DNA of 20,000 bases from sequence record SRR20825006_505; one strand, written 5' to 3'. A program made the translations under genes and the position numbers. This document shows, piece by piece, positions 17,078-20,000 of the stretch (positions are counted from its first letter, which is position 1; every line of letters starts with the position of its first letter). Under the pieces are notes generated by a model. The model saw only the letters and a program-made list of their open reading frames with translations, had not been told where the DNA came from and ran no database searches.

Positions 17078-17716
17078 CTAGTCCGCTTTCAACAGGGAAG
17101 TGAAAAGCTGTTCCAAATAGGCTTTGGTGGTTTCAAACTGCGCAGGATCATCAATGCCCTGCCCCATCACCACTTTCACCTGCACTTCAAAATCAGCATA
17201 GTGCTGGGTGGTGGCCCAGATGGAGAAAATCAAATGCCGCGCGTCAACTTTTTTGATGCGCCCCTCATCCATCCATTTGTCCATGATTTTGGATTTCTCA
17301 AGGACGAGATTGTTGATCTCACCTTCAAGGATGGGCTTGATCCGCGGCGCACCCTGCACAATCTCATTGGCGAACAATCGACTTTCCCGCGGAAAATCTC
17401 GCGCCATTTCGATTTTGCGGCGCACATAATTCAAAATCTCTTCTAAAGGATCGCCATCCTCTGAAAGCTCACGCAATGGCGCAAGCCAAGAATCCAACAG
17501 ACGCGACAGCAGCGTTTCATGAATATCCTGCTTTGATTTGAAATAATAAAGCAGGTTGGGTTTGGACATCCCCGCTTCTTCAGCAATCTGATCAATAGTG
17601 GAACCCCGAAATCCGTTTTGGGAAAAGACTTCCAGCGCGGCTTCAAGAATCTTTTTTTCATTTGCGCGTTGAATGCGCGTGCGCCGTTTTGGCGTATGAG
17701 TTCCGGCCCCAACCAT
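17078..17716 (-). CDS. rutR: TetR-family pyrimidine utilisation regulator RutR/PydR
   Basis: RTRIQ..ILEAALEVFS..GFRGSTIDQIA..GMSKPNLLYYF HTH, then WLAPL, SRLFANE and IWATTQHYADF (RutR C-terminal signature). Start taken at ATG 17716 (AAGGA SD); 17731 is the alternative. Confidence 0.88.
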   Translation of the reverse strand: MVGAGTHTPKRRTRIQRANEKKILEAALEVFSQNGFRGSTIDQIAEEAGMSKPNLLYYFKSKQDIHETLLSRLLDSWLAPLRELSEDGDPLEEILNYVRRKIEMARDFPRESRLFANEIVQGAPRIKPILEGEINNLVLEKSKIMDKWMDEGRIKKVDARHLIFSIWATTQHYADFEVQVKVVMGQGIDDPAQFETTKAYLEQLFTSLLKAD

Positions 17717-18104
17717 CGACAATTCCTTCATTCTTTGAACTTGTCGACATGCGTGTGGACAAGTGCTGGTCGGCAATCGCAGATTGTACGCACCGACTTT
17801 CCCGCATTACATAAACTTATCATACCCAAACGTCCAGCGCATATAACCAAGACCTTCGTTTATAAAGAACTGAGCGCGGGGGCAAATCAATTTCATCAAG
17901 TAAAACAATGCGCTTTCCAATTATTCAAGGCAGCAAAAATGCTGTGAACTCTATTGCGAACTTGCACCGACACTTAAGCGAACGCCTTGGGGCAAATCCG
18001 TCCAATGATCAACTTCGTTTTTACCTGTTTCCGCACCACCTTTATTTGCGCCCAATCTTAAAATTTCTCTCGACACTGTCGCGAATTTGCTCAACAGTTT
18101 GCGC

Positions 18105-18132
18105 TTGACCAATTAAATAGACTTGCTAAACT
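18105..18132 (+). promoter_or_regulatory. Putative sigma70 promoter for the aminotransferase-mmsA operon
   Basis: TTGACC (18105-18110), 16-nt spacer, TAAACT (18127-18132) preceded by TGn (extended -10). Confidence 0.5.
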
Positions 18133-18148
18133 TTGATCAAGCAGTCAA
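18133..18148. promoter_or_regulatory. Putative RutR/PydR box
   Basis: TTGATCAAGCAGTCAA is a 16-bp near-palindrome matching TTGACC-N4-GGTCAA with two mismatches. It lies just downstream of the -10, in the spacer divergent from rutR. Confidence 0.62.
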
Positions 18149-18226
18149 TTTTTTGCAAAGTTTTTTTCAACTTTTATGCACCTGATTGATCTGCATCTAT
18201 TTTTGCGTAAGGGGAGGTGCGCATTA

Positions 18227-19552
18227 ATGTCAGATGCCACAAATGTGCCTAATGATCTAAACGCGTTTTGGATGCCGTTTACGTCCAATCGCCAATTCAA
18301 AAAACAACCGCGCATGTTTGTGGGTGCAAAGGATATGCACTACACCACCAGCGACGGCCGCGAGGTGCTTGATGGCACGGCGGGTCTATGGTGTTGCAAT
18401 GCCGGCCATTGCCGTCCCAAAATCACCGAAGCGATCCAGCAACAGGCTGGCGAATTAGATTATGCGCCAGCGTTCCAAATGGGGCACCCGAAGGCGTTTC
18501 AATTGGCCAATCGATTGGTCGACATTGCGCCCAAGGGCATGGACCATGTGTTCTTCACCAATTCAGGTTCTGAATCTGTTGAAACAGCGCTCAAGATCGC
18601 CCTCGCCTATCATAAGGTGAAAGGCGAAGGGTCGCGCACCCGCCTTGTGGGCCGCGAGCGCGGCTATCATGGCGTGAATTTTGGTGGCATTTCGGTGGGT
18701 GGCATTGTGGCCAACCGCAAGATGTTTGGCACCTTGCTGACGGGCGTTGACCATCTGCCGCACACCCATTTGCCGGACAAAAATGCATTTACGCGCGGCG
18801 AGCCAGAACATGGCGGCGATTTGGCCGATGAGTTGGAACGTATTGTGGCACTGCATGACGCGTCCACCGTGGCGGCTGTGATCGTTGAGCCTGTCGCAGG
18901 TTCGACGGGCGTTTTGATCCCGCCCAAAGGCTATTTGAAGCGCTTGCGCGACATTTGCACTAAGCACGGCATTTTGCTGATTTTTGACGAGGTGATCACC
19001 GGGTTTGGCCGCTTGGGCTCGCCTTTTGCGGCGCAGCATTTTGATGTGATGCCGGACATGATCACCACAGCCAAAGGCTTGACCAATGGCGTGATCCCGA
19101 TGGGTGCGGTGTTTGTGAGCAATGAAATTCACGATGCCTTTATGAATGGCCCGGAACATATGATCGAATTTTTCCATGGTTACACCTATTCCGGTAACCC
19201 GATTGCCAGTGCAGCAGGGTTGGCCACGCTGGAAACCTATGCTGAAGAAGGGCTTTTGACCCGCGCAGCCGAGTTGGATTCTTATTGGGCGGATGCGTTG
19301 CATTCTCTCAAAGATGCAAAGCATGTAATCGACATTCGCAATATCGGGCTGATTGGCGCGATTGAGCTTGAGCCGATTGCCGGGGAACCAACCAAGCGGG
19401 CTTTCTCATGCTTCTTAGATGCATATGATCGCGGCCTGTTGATCCGCACGACTGGCGACACCATCGCCCTGTCTCCGCCACTCATCATTGAAAAATCGCA
19501 TATTGATCAATTGGTGGACACCTTACGCACTGTTTTGAACGAGGCCGCATAA
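18227..19552 (+). CDS. bauA: Beta-alanine (omega-amino acid):pyruvate aminotransferase, class III PLP enzyme
   Basis: FWMPFTSNRQFK, DGTAGLWC, SGSESV, GYHG, FDEVITGFGRLG, TTAKG (PLP Lys) and HGYTYSG. ATG 18227 with a GGGAGG SD. Pyrimidine degradation context. Confidence 0.9.
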   Translation: MSDATNVPNDLNAFWMPFTSNRQFKKQPRMFVGAKDMHYTTSDGREVLDGTAGLWCCNAGHCRPKITEAIQQQAGELDYAPAFQMGHPKAFQLANRLVDIAPKGMDHVFFTNSGSESVETALKIALAYHKVKGEGSRTRLVGRERGYHGVNFGGISVGGIVANRKMFGTLLTGVDHLPHTHLPDKNAFTRGEPEHGGDLADELERIVALHDASTVAAVIVEPVAGSTGVLIPPKGYLKRLRDICTKHGILLIFDEVITGFGRLGSPFAAQHFDVMPDMITTAKGLTNGVIPMGAVFVSNEIHDAFMNGPEHMIEFFHGYTYSGNPIASAAGLATLETYAEEGLLTRAAELDSYWADALHSLKDAKHVIDIRNIGLIGAIELEPIAGEPTKRAFSCFLDAYDRGLLIRTTGDTIALSPPLIIEKSHIDQLVDTLRTVLNEAA

Positions 19553-20000
19553 ATGAATATTGTCCAAAATGCCATCAATGGCCAAAGAGTAACATCCACC
19601 TCTTCCAACCGCGTGCCAGTGTTTAACCCAGCGACAGGCGAGCAAAGCGCAGAATTGCCACTTTCGTCCGTGGATGAAGTGAATGCTGCCGTTGCTGCTG
19701 CAAAAGCCGCTGCGCCCGCTTGGGGCGATACGCCTGCGCTGAAACGGGCACGTTATATGTTCCGATTCAATGAATTGTTGAACCAACATGCGGACGATAT
19801 TGCGCGGGAGATTTCAAAAGAACATGGCAAAACACATGATGATGCGTTGGGCGAAGTGGCCCGTGGCATTGAAGTGGTGGAATTTGCCTGTGGCATCCCC
19901 TCTTTGCTGAAAGGCGACTTTAGCCGCAATGTGGGTCCATCCGTTGACACGGTGGCAGACCGCAAGCCGCTGGGCGTTGTGGCAGGCATTACGCCGTTCA
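19553..20000 (+). CDS. mmsA: CoA-acylating (methyl)malonate-semialdehyde dehydrogenase (partial, runs off the right edge)
   Basis: My own translation from ATG 19553, directly after the TAA: MNIVQNAING..VFNPATGE..EHGKTHDDALGEVARGIEVVEFACGIPSLLKG..PLGVVAGITPF. Not in the ORF track. Confidence 0.9.
   Translation, partial: MNIVQNAINGQRVTSTSSNRVPVFNPATGEQSAELPLSSVDEVNAAVAAAKAAAPAWGDTPALKRARYMFRFNELLNQHADDIAREISKEHGKTHDDALGEVARGIEVVEFACGIPSLLKGDFSRNVGPSVDTVADRKPLGVVAGITPF

Noticed and set aside
17618..18108. 109-aa and 66-aa plus-strand ORFs in the rutR spacer
   Set aside because: Atypical composition and no recognisable domain. The longer one also overlaps rutR antisense.
18563..19324. 253-aa minus-strand ORF
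   Set aside because: Antisense shadow of the aminotransferase with no family features.
1..20000. CRISPR arrays, IS or prophage genes, tRNA/rRNA, defence systems
   Set aside because: By eye I found no periodic direct repeats, transposase/integrase/nuclease motifs or structural RNA signatures. All long ORFs are explained by metabolic, transport or regulatory families.

Overview
Alphaproteobacterial (Hyphomicrobiales-like, inferred from rirA and gene content) chromosomal metabolic region with no mobile element, CRISPR array or RNA gene that I can support. Left to right: (1) the 5' stub of a probable NnrU-family membrane gene, divergent from the iron regulator rirA, which has a sigma70 promoter overlapped by an IRO-type TGA-N9-TCA box and is followed by two tandem DUF6404-like small membrane proteins; (2) a ~10 kb minus-strand hydroxyproline catabolic cluster (ABC transporter, Pyr4H2C deaminase, KGSA dehydrogenase, D-hydroxyproline oxidase, 4-Hyp epimerase, cis-3-Hyp dehydratase, Ser/Thr-type trans-3-Hyp dehydratase) with a divergent GntR regulator, but no Pyr2C reductase; (3) a stand-alone Prx5-type peroxiredoxin; (4) a reductive pyrimidine degradation region (preT, preA, DMT transporter, RutR-like TetR, beta-alanine:pyruvate aminotransferase, partial mmsA) with two RutR-like boxes. 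Most of this is known biology. The points most worth checking are the missing Pyr2C reductase, a DMT gene that appears to begin at an ATA codon overlapping the preA stop and carries a perfect 11-bp hairpin, strand-specific intercistronic hairpins in the hyp operon, and the DUF6404-like pair behind rirA.
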